A DNA stretch of 34,113 bases from a virus (lineage: Duplodnaviria > Heunggongvirae > Uroviricota > Caudoviricetes): positions 1 through 34,113 of IMG/VR virus record IMGVR_UViG_2695420576_000005. The stretch is one strand, 5' to 3'. Shown here piece after piece: positions 10,124-19,778 of the stretch (position 1 is its first letter; each line of letters begins with the position of its first letter). The notes under the pieces were generated by a model. It saw only the letters and a list, made by a program, of their open reading frames with translations. It did not search any database and was not told the DNA's origin. Position numbers and translations under genes: made by a program.

Positions 10124-10764
10124 TTGTCGGTATACCTCTCTCGTTTACTCAGTTGTTCAGGAATATGGTGCAGCAGCTCGCCGTCACCACAGTAAATGGC
10201 GGCATGATTCGGCACCGATGAACCAAAACAGCACAGCAGCACATCACCCGGTTGTGCTGATGACAACGGCACCTGATACAGCCCTGTGGCCTCCAGATTA
10301 TCCAGATAGAGATTCTGGCCGTTACGCCACCAGTCATCCTCACGATGAAAATCCGGCATCTCAATCCCCGCCAGATGGTAAGCGTCCCGGAACAGCGTGT
10401 AACAATCCGTCACCCCGTGCTCAAAGCGCCGCCCGGTAAGATGCGGCACACAGCGGAATTTATGAATCGCCCCCCGGCAGACCAGCCACCATGGCAAATC
10501 ACTCTGCACCTGCAGCCGCCGGTCAGCCTCACTCAGCCAGGGCAGGCCACCGGGGTGGCTGTGGACCAGCGCCACAATCTCACCCTGCATCTCTGCCCGC
10601 AGCCAGTCCTCCGGCGACATCCGGAAATAATCCTCCGGCTCACCGGAGATATTCACGCAGGGAAAATATCTTTCCCCTTCCGACGTTCTCACCACGAAGC
10701 CGCACGACTCCGCTGGCGCACATCGCCGGGCGTGCGCCAGAATCGCTGATTCTGTCTCTGTCAT
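10021..10764 (-). CDS. K: tail assembly protein K (MPN/JAB plus NlpC/P60 domains)
   Basis: 247-aa ORF MTETESAILAHARRCAPAESCGF... with HSHP and DCYTLFRDAYH motifs; lambda K is annotated from the internal Met (MSPEDW..., 199 aa). Confidence 0.85.
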   Translation of the reverse strand: MTETESAILAHARRCAPAESCGFVVRTSEGERYFPCVNISGEPEDYFRMSPEDWLRAEMQGEIVALVHSHPGGLPWLSEADRRLQVQSDLPWWLVCRGAIHKFRCVPHLTGRRFEHGVTDCYTLFRDAYHLAGIEMPDFHREDDWWRNGQNLYLDNLEATGLYQVPLSSAQPGDVLLCCFGSSVPNHAAIYCGDGELLHHIPEQLSKRERYTDKWQQRTHSLWRHRAWRESAFTGIYNDLAAASTCV

Positions 10765-10769
10765 GGGAT

Positions 10770-11468
10770 TTACTGCGAAAGTTTGTTAATGGAAAGGAAG
10801 CCGCCAAAGTTGCCGACATTATTGCGGAACTCACAGCCACTCAGGCATTTGCTGCATTTATCCTTCGTGATTTCGGATGTCGGCTGGTCATATTCATCCG
10901 CGACCGCCGGACCGTGATAACCGCACTCATCACCGCGATAGGTCCAGGTGCAGGTATTAGCAAGCATGATGCGCCCCGGAAAAACGGCACCATCCGTTTC
11001 CGTCGGCGTGGACAGTACAAAAGAGGCACTGACCGCGCTCAGTTCGCTGCACTGCTCGATGCGCCAGCGGCTGATCACCTCCTGCTCCGGATCGGCGTCG
11101 CTGTTTCCGTTGACGAAGTTCACCGCATCCAGAAAACGGGCATAAACCTTACGCCTGACCACCGTTCCGCCGACCAGACTCTGCAGGTCTTCCGCCATCC
11201 CGGTGACCATACCGTACAGGTTAGAAACCGTCAGCGTGGGGCGCGTACTGGTGCCTTTGCCATTCAGTTCAAAACCACTCCCCTGAATGGGATACGGCTG
11301 ATACTGTCGCCCCTGCCAGGTGACCGGCTCACCTTTTTCGTTCTGCTCATTACAGAAAAAATAACGTTCTCCACCGACCTCTGTCAGGTCGATTTCCCAG
11401 AGCACCACGCTGGCCGACTGCTCCGCACGGGTGCATTCATTCAGTGTTTCCTGCCGGATATCCTGCAT
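10770..11468 (-). CDS. L: tail tip protein L
   Basis: 232-aa ORF MQDIRQETLNECTRAEQSASVVLWEIDLTEVGGERYFF..., same length and sequence as lambda gpL by recall. Confidence 0.9.
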   Translation of the reverse strand: MQDIRQETLNECTRAEQSASVVLWEIDLTEVGGERYFFCNEQNEKGEPVTWQGRQYQPYPIQGSGFELNGKGTSTRPTLTVSNLYGMVTGMAEDLQSLVGGTVVRRKVYARFLDAVNFVNGNSDADPEQEVISRWRIEQCSELSAVSASFVLSTPTETDGAVFPGRIMLANTCTWTYRGDECGYHGPAVADEYDQPTSEITKDKCSKCLSGCEFRNNVGNFGGFLSINKLSQ

Positions 11469-11797
11469 CAGTTCACCACCTGTTCAAACTCTGCGCTGAA
11501 CTCAACACGCAGCATACTGACCCGCGACGACCATTTTGCGCAGGTCACCTTTATCTGCCGCCACTCATAAGGCGGCGTCCACAGAAAGGCTTTCCAGCCC
11601 CCGTGCTCTTCCAGAAACGACTCCAGCGCCGCGGCCTCCCAACGGGGAACAGAAAGCGTCACGCTGTACGTTTTCAGGTTGGCATTCAGCCCGGCAGGCG
11701 CTCGCTGGGAATAGCCATCACCAAAGCGCACCTTTCTTACAGAAGGGGCCGAAGCCACATCCATACCGGGTTTCACTTTCCAGCGGAAGGTTTTCAT
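11468..11797 (-). CDS. M: tail tip protein M
   Basis: 109-aa ORF MKTFRWKVKPGMDVASAPSVRKVRFGDGYSQRAPAGLNANLKTYSV..., lambda gpM. Confidence 0.9.
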   Translation of the reverse strand: MKTFRWKVKPGMDVASAPSVRKVRFGDGYSQRAPAGLNANLKTYSVTLSVPRWEAAALESFLEEHGGWKAFLWTPPYEWRQIKVTCAKWSSRVSMLRVEFSAEFEQVVN

Positions 11798-14363
11798 CGT
11801 CCACCTCCGGAGAACAGACCACCATCACGCATCTGAGCCCGGTCACAACATCCATTGCCGCCTTACGGGCTACGTCATAAACAGCCTTCAGCGCCTGTGG
11901 CCCTATCTGACCGTTCGTGCCGTCGTTGTTAATCACCACATGGTTATTCTGCTCAAACGTCCCGGACGCCTGCGACCGACTGTCCGCCATGCTGCCCGGT
12001 GTACCGACATAACCGCCGGTGGCATAGCCGCGCATAAGCCGGTAAAGATTCCCCACGCCAATCCGGCTGGTTGCCTCCTTCGTGAAGACAAATTCACCAC
12101 GGTGAACAATCCCCGCTGGCTCATATTTGCCGCCGGTTCCCGTAAATCCTCCGGTCGCAAAATGGAATTTCGCCGCAGATGCCTGAATGGCTGTACCGCC
12201 TGACGCTGATGCACCGCCAATGACACTCCCGACACTCCCGACGATCCCCACCATTGCCTGCTTAAGCAGAATTTCTGTCATCATGGACAGCACGGAACGG
12301 GTGAAGCTGCGCCAGTTCTGTTCACTGCCGGTCAGCATCGCCGCCATATTCTGTGCAATACCATCAAAGGTCTGCGTGGCTGCACTTTTTACCTGCGACA
12401 TACTGTCCGTGGCGCTCTCTTCCCACTCACTCCAGCCGGACTTCAGGCCTGCCATCCAGTTCCCGCGAAGCTGGTCTTCAGCCGCCCAGGTCTTTTTCTG
12501 CTCTGACATGACGTTATTCAGCGCCAGCGGATTATCGCCATACTGTTCCTTCAGGCGCTGTTCCGTGGCGTCCCGCGCTGCCTGCCGGTCAGTCAGCCCC
12601 CGGTTTCAAGTCGCCTCAATGGCTGCCCGTTTTGCCCGTTGCTGCTGTGCGAATTTATCCGCCTGCTGCGCCAGCGCGTTCAGGTGCTCCTGATACGTGA
12701 CCTTATCGCCAAGTGCAGCCAGCTGGCGTTTGTACTCCAGCGTCTCATCTTTATGCGCCAGCAGGGATTTCTCCTGTGCGGACAGCTGGCGACGTTGCGC
12801 CGCCTCCTCCAGTACCGCGAACTGACTTTCCGCCTTCCACAAATCCCGGCGCTGCTGGCTGATTTTCTCATTCGCTCCGGCATGCTTCTCCAGTGTCCGG
12901 AGTTCTGCCTGAAGCGTCAGCAGGGCAGCATGAGCACTGTCTTCCTGACGATCGCCCGCAGACACTTTCACGCCGGACTGCTTCGGCTTTTTCAGCGTCG
13001 CTTCATAGTCCTTTTTCGCCGCCGCCATCAGCGTGTTGTAATCTGCCTGCAGGATTTTTCCGTCTTTCAGTGCCTTATTCAGTTCCTCCTGGCGGGCGGT
13101 ATATTTCTCCAGCGGTGTCTGCAGGCGTTCGTAAGCCTTCTGCGCCTCTTCGGTATATTTCAGCCGTGATGCCTCAGACGAGGCCCGATCTTTTGCTGCC
13201 ATCTCACTGGCCTTTTCAAGATCTGCCTGCAACGTGGCGGCTGAAAGCCCAAGTCGCGCATTCTCTCTCTTCTCCCATGCCCCCCGGAGATTGGCAAGAA
13301 ATGCTGACGTTTTACCGCGCCGGTGGCTTCGGCTCTGATACCACTGCCATTTTTTATCCGCTTCATCAAAAGCCTTTTCAGCTTTGGCGAGCATATCTGC
13401 AGAGGAGTCCGGGCGACCAATATCCAGCACCGCATCCCACATGGATTTGAATGCCTGTGCAGTCTTGTCTGCCCAGGTCTCCAGCGTACCCATGTTATCT
13501 TTCAGTTTACGGGTCTGGTCATCAAACCCTTTCGTTGCGGCCTCGTTCGCCGCCTGCAATGCCCCGGCCCCATCGCCGGAACGCTGCAACTGAGCAACAT
13601 ACGCAATCTGTTCCGCCGTCACGTTATGGAACTGGCGCGCCATCGCCGTCAACCCAGACGTCGGGTCAGTGGTCAGCTTCCCGAAGGCTTCAGCGACCTT
13701 GTCCACCTCCACGCCGGATGCAGAGGAGAAACGCGCCACACTCTGGCTGATTGCCTCAAACTGCTCACCACCACGCACACCGGCATTCACCAGCGCCGTC
13801 AGTGACTCGCTGGTCTGGTTAAACGTCAGCCCTGCCGCCTGCCCGGATCTGGACAGGGCCAGCATACGATCTGCCGTCAGTCCCGCCTGATTACCGGAAA
13901 GGACCAGCGTTTTATTGAAATTGGACAGGGTTGAGTCACCCTGATACCAGGCATACGCCAGCGCACCGGTCGCCACCGCCAGCGAAGTGATACCAACCAT
14001 CGGCAGGGTGATCGCACCGGCAAGCCCCCTGAACATGGGGATCATCCCGCCGAAGGAGTCCTTCACCTGACCACCCTGTTGCAGCAGGATGAGCCACGGA
14101 TTCTGCCCCCCTGCAAGCTGCGTGGCCACGTCGGTGAACTGCGCAGGCAGCATACGCATGGCAGCTTTATACTGCCCGACGGAAATCCCCGCTTTCTGTG
14201 CAGCCAGCGCCTGCCGGTTCATTGACTGTTCAACGACTGCCGCTGTTTTTTTCGCATCACTTTCCGTACCGGAAAAATGACGCCTGACTCTGGCCATCTG
14301 CTCGTCAAATCTGGCCGCATCCAGACTTAAATCAACGACCAGATCGCCTACCGGTTCAGCCAT
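11794..14363 (-). pseudogene. H: tail tape-measure protein H, interrupted by an in-frame TGA and a 3'-terminal frameshift
   Basis: ORFs 12606..14363 (585 aa) and 11718..12509 (263 aa) are in one frame separated by TGA at 12606-12608. The conserved C-terminus ...QMRDGGLFSGGGR* (stop 11794-11796, overlapping the M start as ATGA) lies in a different frame. Confidence 0.85.
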
Positions 14364-14790
14364 ACCGGACTCCTCCTGCGATCCCTTCTGATACTGTCAT
14401 CAGCATTACGTCATCCTCCATCATGTCCGCCACATACGGGGAAGCGGGGATAACTTCATTCCCGTCCGGGCCAAAACGAACGCCTCCGGCAAGCCCTGCC
14501 GCTTTCTGCATCAGCACATCATCTTCAGGCTCTTCGTCAGCCTCGCGCCGGTTAAGCAGACTGAAATCCAGCGGATGCATATCCGGATCGCTGAAAAACA
14601 GGCTGAGCACGGTGTACGTCAGCCCGGAAAAGTGCATATCCAGCAGAACATCATGAAAATAATGGGTACTGTAAAAGCGGTGCCAGTCGGCATACTCCGT
14701 GGATGACATCCCGGCAAGCATGGCGCGCCAGTCGGGTCGCCCCATCTCACGCGCCAGTTTCAGGGCAAAACTCAGCTCACCGACGAACAC
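14356..14790 (-). CDS. T: T-frame segment of the G-T tail assembly chaperone fusion
   Basis: 144-aa ORF VFVGELSFALKLAREMGRPDWRAMLAGMSSTEYADW... matches the lambda gpGT C-terminal portion; begins immediately after the slippery heptamer. Confidence 0.75.
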   Translation of the reverse strand: MFVGELSFALKLAREMGRPDWRAMLAGMSSTEYADWHRFYSTHYFHDVLLDMHFSGLTYTVLSLFFSDPDMHPLDFSLLNRREADEEPEDDVLMQKAAGLAGGVRFGPDGNEVIPASPYVADMMEDDVMLMTVSEGIAGGVRYG

Positions 14791-14796
14791 TTTCCC
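14790..14796 (-). promoter_or_regulatory. programmed -1 ribosomal frameshift slippery heptamer GGGAAAG (G/GT site)
   Basis: Plus-strand ctttccc at 14790-14796 is GGGAAAG on the minus strand, followed by the T-frame ORF exactly as in lambda G-T. Confidence 0.7.
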
Positions 14797-14823
14797 GCAG
14801 AAACAGGCTCTGCAGGCCCGGCG

Positions 14824-15198
14824 TCAGACGAGGGCCTGTTCAGGGGAATTATTCACCACAAACTCAGACATTCCGGACAGACGTAACACCACGTTTTCAG
14901 CCTGAGCAATTGCCTCCGTGGGCCAGGTGGTAAGCACTTCCTGCTCAATCTGCGTAATGGCTTCATTCATGGACGGCAGCTTTGTCTTCTGCGGATGGTT
15001 ATGCCACAGAGACATCGCCACCAGAAACGCCCCGCCTCTGATAAGATCCTCTACAGACACCTGCAGGTTGCCGCTGGATTCAGCCTTTTTTTCCTGCTCT
15101 TTCAACCAGGCAAGATGCTCAATACGCTGCAGGGCTGACAGTTCAGAAAGCGTGACGGTCACGCCGTTATGTTCAAATGATTCTGTTTTCAGGAACAT
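14824..15198 (-). CDS. G: tail assembly chaperone G, truncated: 3' end out of register with the slippery site
   Basis: 124-aa ORF MFLKTESFEHNGVTVTLSELSALQRIEHLA... matches lambda gpG (140 aa) but stops at TGA 14824-14826; the conserved tail SSDAGPAEPVSAGKCSS and GGGAAAG lie in the +1 frame. Confidence 0.75.
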   Translation of the reverse strand: MFLKTESFEHNGVTVTLSELSALQRIEHLAWLKEQEKKAESSGNLQVSVEDLIRGGAFLVAMSLWHNHPQKTKLPSMNEAITQIEQEVLTTWPTEAIAQAENVVLRLSGMSEFVVNNSPEQALV

Positions 15199-15213
15199 CG
15201 CTGACTCTCCGGA

Positions 15214-15954
15214 TTAACTGGCGGTGACGGTGATTTCTGCAACCGCAGCAAACTCACCATTACCGGATACAACCGGAATGTTGACCTTGCCTGCAGCAAC
15301 GCCGTTCACGGTGATGGTCATACCACTGACCGACACGGTGGCTTTTGTTTTATCCGCTGACACCGCACGGAAGCTCTTGTCGGTTGCGCCTTCCGGCTGG
15401 AATGCCACGGTCAGCGTCGTGCTCTGCCCTTTCACTACGGAAGCACTGGCTGGCGTTACCGTCATGCCGGTGGCCGCTGTTACCGTGCTGCGATCTTCCC
15501 CCATCGACGGGCGTCCCACATTGGTGACCTTCACCGTGCGGGTGATCACTTCCTTCGCCGTCACCGCTTTACCGATACTGCTGACCCAGCCACGGAACAC
15601 ATCGACCGTGCCGTTCGGGAAGCGGATTTTATAGGCACGGGTATCACCTTCATTAAACCACGCCAGCAGCGCCTGCTGCCCCTGCTCTCCGGGCATCCAC
15701 GCCAGCGTGAAGCTGGTATCTCCGGCTGATTTCTGCCCCTGCCCGGTCGCAGTCCAGTCCGCATCCTCATCATCGAGATAACTGTCGTCATAGGACTCAG
15801 CGGTCAGTTCGCCGGGCGTCAGGTCTTTAACTTTTGCCAGACGCGACCAGTCAACGTCTGAAAGCGGGTTCGCATAAGGGTCACCGTTCCCCTTATAAAC
15901 CCATAGTGTGGTCCCGGCCCCTTTCACCGGCATTGTAGGATTTGGTACAGGCAT
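15214..15954 (-). CDS. V: major tail protein V
   Basis: Track ORF 15214..15984; lambda-equivalent start [22 protein letters not shown]... at ATG 15952-15954 with GAGGA RBS; 246 aa ending ...AEITVTAS. Confidence 0.9.
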   Translation of the reverse strand: MPVPNPTMPVKGAGTTLWVYKGNGDPYANPLSDVDWSRLAKVKDLTPGELTAESYDDSYLDDEDADWTATGQGQKSAGDTSFTLAWMPGEQGQQALLAWFNEGDTRAYKIRFPNGTVDVFRGWVSSIGKAVTAKEVITRTVKVTNVGRPSMGEDRSTVTAATGMTVTPASASVVKGQSTTLTVAFQPEGATDKSFRAVSADKTKATVSVSGMTITVNGVAAGKVNIPVVSGNGEFAAVAEITVTAS

Positions 15955-15961
15955 ATCGTCC

Positions 15962-16357
15962 TCACATTTCATAGGTAATGACATACGTCAGATCGGCTGA
16001 ACTCCACAGGCCCGCATCATCGTCGCGTCGGTAGTCATAGCCACTGGCCACCATACTGGTGATCAAATCTGACAGTGCCGGAATATCGCTCATCACCGGA
16101 TAAATCCGGGACTCCATCCACGAATCCAGCTCTGAATCCGGCACCTGAGCAGGCAGGAAAACTTCAATATGCAGCTCCGCCTGCCAGGTATCGCTGTCCA
16201 GCTCTTCGCCCGTGTATTCAGCGCCGGTGAGATAAACGGCAATTGCCGGAAAATCCGCCTCATCAAAAACAGCGGGGCGACCATCAAAAAGCGTCGCCCC
16301 GGTGTCATGCTTCTCCAGTGCATCCAGTACGGCTGCACGGAGTTCAGTATGTTTCAT
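15962..16357 (-). CDS. U: tail terminator protein U
   Basis: 131-aa [46 protein letters not shown]..., lambda gpU. Confidence 0.9.
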   Translation of the reverse strand: MKHTELRAAVLDALEKHDTGATLFDGRPAVFDEADFPAIAVYLTGAEYTGEELDSDTWQAELHIEVFLPAQVPDSELDSWMESRIYPVMSDIPALSDLITSMVASGYDYRRDDDAGLWSSADLTYVITYEM

Positions 16358-16932
16358 CGCTTTATTACCATTCTCAGTTGATGCTGCAGCGCATAGCCCA
16401 GCTCTTTCGGAAGACGCTCACGCCGTATCCGTTCAATATTCTGTTTAAACGCCGTGGTCAGTGGCACCGCCATCGGGATTTTCACCACATCAATGGGGTA
16501 ACGGTTTTTCCCGGCCACACGCTGCATAACATGCCAGCGGCCATTTTTCAGTTGCTGAATAAACGCGCCGGGAATACGACGGTTTCCCACCACAAGCACG
16601 CTGCCGCCACCTTTCAGGGCTGAACGCTGCCCCTTTTTACGACGCCTGCGTCGGGACAGGACAATCCGCGCGTTACCCAGCTTTATTACGGGCAAATCCC
16701 CCCGGTTAACCTTGATTCTGGCCTGCGGATTTTTAACCGTGGCCCTTTTCAGCCTGGCCCTTTCCTTTACCAGTTTCCGGCGTACCTTTGTCTCACGGGC
16801 AACCTGTGACGCCGACTGCGATATCGCGGATGAAGCAACGCGGTTAATGGCCATTGCGGCGGCACCAGGCACCGCCGTTTTGCTGATACGGCTGAGGTTT
16901 TCAACGGCCTGCTCAAGACCTTTTATGGCCAT
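16354..16932 (-). CDS. Z: tail completion protein Z
   Basis: 192-aa ORF MAIKGLEQAVENLSRISKTAVPGAAAMAINRVASSAISQ..., lambda gpZ; ATGA overlap with U. Confidence 0.9.
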   Translation of the reverse strand: MAIKGLEQAVENLSRISKTAVPGAAAMAINRVASSAISQSASQVARETKVRRKLVKERARLKRATVKNPQARIKVNRGDLPVIKLGNARIVLSRRRRRKKGQRSALKGGGSVLVVGNRRIPGAFIQQLKNGRWHVMQRVAGKNRYPIDVVKIPMAVPLTTAFKQNIERIRRERLPKELGYALQHQLRMVIKR

Positions 16933-16943
16933 ACATCCCCCTT

Positions 16944-17297
16944 TCAGCGGCGACGGTTAACGGCAGGCGGTACGCCCCGTCCAAGCCAGAGATGACAGCT
17001 TCCGCCATCATCCGGCGAAACACGATCTATCCAGAAGTTTTCCTCACCGATGGTCAGCGTGTCTCCACGCCGCAGTTGCCGCACATCATCAGTCCGGACA
17101 AACAGGGACGGGCTGGAGCCTTCAACGCGCACGCCCTGTCCGGCATAGCTGATATTTTCAGGGTCATCAAAAACACCACGTATTACTGCGCCGGACTGCT
17201 CACCGGATGTCATGGTGGCTGACGTTCCCATGTACCCGCGTATCGTTTCATCGGTGCGGGCAATGGCAGCATCGAACAGGTTATCGAAATCAGCCAC
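16944..17297 (-). CDS. FII: head-tail joining protein FII
   Basis: 117-aa ORF MADFDNLFDAAIARTDETIRGYMGTSATMTSGEQSGAVIRGVFDDPENISYAGQGVRVEG..., lambda gpFII. Confidence 0.9.
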   Translation of the reverse strand: MADFDNLFDAAIARTDETIRGYMGTSATMTSGEQSGAVIRGVFDDPENISYAGQGVRVEGSSPSLFVRTDDVRQLRRGDTLTIGEENFWIDRVSPDDGGSCHLWLGRGVPPAVNRRR

Positions 17298-17308
17298 AGC
17301 GCCTCCCG

Positions 17309-17707
17309 TTATTGCATTCTGGCCAGGCCGCGCTCTGTCATTTCAGCTGCCACACCGGCAGAGACACGGAACGCCGTTCCCGGCAGCACAAATGCCACAG
17401 GTTCATCCCGCGTGGCGTGAAGTGCATCAGTATGCAGCGTCACCAGTGCCACGACCGTGACCAGTTCAGCCGTATCCTGAATCACGGTATCCGGCTGCGC
17501 TGATACCACCTCATGTTCATGCCCGGTCAGCACATTTTCCGGGCTGAGAGGGGTATCCTGACCGGCAGTGTCGCCCGTGTCATCAAGCTCCTCTTCCAGC
17601 TCTGCCACACGGAGCGCCAGTTCTTCTTTCGTCCCCGTCAGACTGACATCACGGTTCAGTTGTTCACCCAGCGAGCGGAGACGGGCAATCAGTTCATCTT
17701 TCGTCAT
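17309..17707 (-). CDS. FI: DNA packaging protein FI
   Basis: Track ORF 17309..17746; lambda-equivalent start MTKDELIARLRSLGEQLNRDVSLTGTKEELALRVAEL... at ATG 17705-17707 (132 aa). Confidence 0.85.
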   Translation of the reverse strand: MTKDELIARLRSLGEQLNRDVSLTGTKEELALRVAELEEELDDTGDTAGQDTPLSPENVLTGHEHEVVSAQPDTVIQDTAELVTVVALVTLHTDALHATRDEPVAFVLPGTAFRVSAGVAAEMTERGLARMQ

Positions 17708-17748
17708 GGACTCCTCCACAGAGAGAAAATGGCCCCGAAGGGCCACGA

Positions 17749-18774
17749 TTACGCCAGTTGTACGGACACGAACTCATCAGGGTCAGCCAGCAGCATCAGC
17801 GGTGCTGACTGAATCATGGTGAACTCACGCGCCGGATCGCCGGTGGTCACCCAGTTTTTCGGGTAACGGGCAGAGGCGTTAATGCCTTCGCGCTGTGCGT
17901 CCGCATCCTGAATACAGCCATAGGTACGCAGACCGCGTGCCTGAGTGTTCCCCAGCACCATCGTGTTGTCCGGCAGGAAGTTCTTTTTGACGCCGTTTTC
18001 CACGTACTGTCCGGAATACACGACGATGGCAACATCGCCATACATCCCCTTATAGGACACCGCTTTACCCAGGTCTTTCACCGCTGTCTCCAGCTCGGAA
18101 TTAGAGCCACGACGGGTATCCAGCTTCTCCTTGACGGCTTTGAAGGAACGGAACAGCGCCCAGCCTTTCGGATCAAACACGATGATATTCACCACACCGC
18201 TGGCGTTCAGCGCGTAGGCTTCGATATCGTCGGTCGGGTCATACGTGGACTTGTCACGCTTGCTCCACTCCGTGCCGCCGGACTGCGTGATGTTATTCGC
18301 CGCACTGCGGCCCATATCCACCTCAACCGGATCGAAGGCTTCACCGGTCATGGTGTATTTGCCCTTAAGCACGGCAGAAACGGCCTGCATCTCTTCGACC
18401 TGAGCAATGGCCAGCTCTTCGTCACGCATGTTCTGCATGATGATGCGACGGCGGCGGTAAGCCGGGTCCGCCAGATTCTGCGGATCTTCATCCGGCAGGC
18501 GACGCAGGGTCATCTGCGGATTCACCTCATGCTTCGGCTTGACATATCCCGGCGTAAATTCAGAGGTGGATCCGCCACGGGAACGGATAACCTCACCGGA
18601 AACAATCGGCGAAACGTACAGCGCCATGTTTACCAGTCCCGGAATTTGTGAGAGATAGACTTTCTCCGTGGTGAAGGGATAGCTCTCACGGAAAAAGAGA
18701 CGCAGAAACAGCGGATCAAACTTAAATTTCTGCTCATTTGCCGCCAGCAGCTGGGCGGTTGTGTACATCGACAT
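17749..18774 (-). CDS. E: major capsid protein E
   Basis: 341-aa ORF MSMYTTAQLLAANEQKFKFDPLFLRLFFRESYPFTTEKVYLSQIPGLVNMALYVSPIVSGE..., lambda gpE. Confidence 0.95.
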   Translation of the reverse strand: MSMYTTAQLLAANEQKFKFDPLFLRLFFRESYPFTTEKVYLSQIPGLVNMALYVSPIVSGEVIRSRGGSTSEFTPGYVKPKHEVNPQMTLRRLPDEDPQNLADPAYRRRRIIMQNMRDEELAIAQVEEMQAVSAVLKGKYTMTGEAFDPVEVDMGRSAANNITQSGGTEWSKRDKSTYDPTDDIEAYALNASGVVNIIVFDPKGWALFRSFKAVKEKLDTRRGSNSELETAVKDLGKAVSYKGMYGDVAIVVYSGQYVENGVKKNFLPDNTMVLGNTQARGLRTYGCIQDADAQREGINASARYPKNWVTTGDPAREFTMIQSAPLMLLADPDEFVSVQLA

Positions 18775-18830
18775 AAAAAAAATCCCGTAAAAAAAGCCGC
18801 ACAGGCGGCCTTTAGTGATGAAGGGTAAAG

Positions 18831-19163
18831 TTAAACGATGCTGATTGCCGTTCCGGCAAACGCGGTCCGTTTTTTCGTCTCGTCGCTGGCAGCCTCCGGC
18901 CAGAGCACATCCTCATAACGGAACGTGCCGGACTTGTAGAACGTCAGTGTGGTGCTGGTCTGGTCAGCAGCAACTGCAAGAATGCCAACGGCAGCACCGT
19001 CGGTGGTGCCATCCCACGCAACCAGCTTACGGGTGGAGGTGTCCAGCATCAGCGGGGTCATTGCAGGCGCTTTCGCACTCAATCCGCCGGGCGCGGTTGC
19101 GGTATGAGCCGGGTCACTGTTGCCCAGCGGCTGGTAATGGGTAAAGGTTTCTTTGCTCGTCAT
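18831..19163 (-). CDS. D: capsid decoration protein D
   Basis: Track ORF 18831..19169; lambda-equivalent start [12 protein letters not shown]... (ATG 19161-19163), 110 aa ending ...[12 protein letters not shown]. Confidence 0.9.
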   Translation of the reverse strand: MTSKETFTHYQPLGNSDPAHTATAPGGLSAKAPAMTPLMLDTSTRKLVAWDGTTDGAAVGILAVAADQTSTTLTFYKSGTFRYEDVLWPEAASDETKKRTAFAGTAISIV

Positions 19164-19172
19164 AAACATCCC

Positions 19173-19778
19173 TTACACTGGTGTGTTCAGCAAATCGTTA
19201 ACGGCATCAGATGCCGGGTTACCTGCAGCCAGCGGTGCCGGTGCCCCCTGCATCAGACGATCCAGCGCAGTGTCACTGCGCGCCTGTGCACTCTGTGGTG
19301 CTGCGGCCAGAATACGGCGGGCCGTTTCCACGGTCATACCGGGGGTTTCGGCCAGCACGCATGCCTGTTCTTCGCGTCCGTGAGCCTCCTCACAGTTGAG
19401 GATCCCCATAATGCGACTGTTTTCTGCCGCAACCGCTGCGGTGATCTGCGCGTTCACGTCCGGCTGCGCAGCGCTGGCGTTCTCGCCCTCCGTCGCTTGC
19501 ACCACGCCAGTAACGTCAGCCTGCGAAGCAGTGGCTGAAACAGTTGTTGATTGAGTCTCTTTGGTCATTCGCCCTCCTGAGAGACGGGATTTACGTGCAT
19601 CCAGTGCATCACGCATGACGGTGATCGCATCGGTGCTGTTAACAAGTTCATCAGCCAGTCCGGCATCAATGGCCTCCTGACCGCTGTACACTGCAGCCTC
19701 GGTATCCAGCACAGCCTGCACAGACAGGCCGGTATATGCCGACACCTTCTGCGCAAACATCTGGCGGGTTGCATCCAT
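19173..19778 (-). CDS. Nu3: scaffolding protein Nu3 (in-frame internal start within C)
   Basis: In-frame ATG at 19776-19778 (MDATRQMFAQKVSAYTGLSVQ...) gives a 201-aa product co-terminal with C, same geometry as lambda Nu3. Confidence 0.65.
   Translation of the reverse strand: MDATRQMFAQKVSAYTGLSVQAVLDTEAAVYSGQEAIDAGLADELVNSTDAITVMRDALDARKSRLSGGRMTKETQSTTVSATASQADVTGVVQATEGENASAAQPDVNAQITAAVAAENSRIMGILNCEEAHGREEQACVLAETPGMTVETARRILAAAPQSAQARSDTALDRLMQGAPAPLAAGNPASDAVNDLLNTPV

Noticed and set aside
10491-13805. Plus-strand ORFs antisense to K/L/M/H (10491..11570 at 359 aa, 12639..13169, 12893..13450, 13323..13805)
   Set aside because: Arg/Pro/Ser-rich low-complexity translations opposite well-supported tail genes; no start context or homology.
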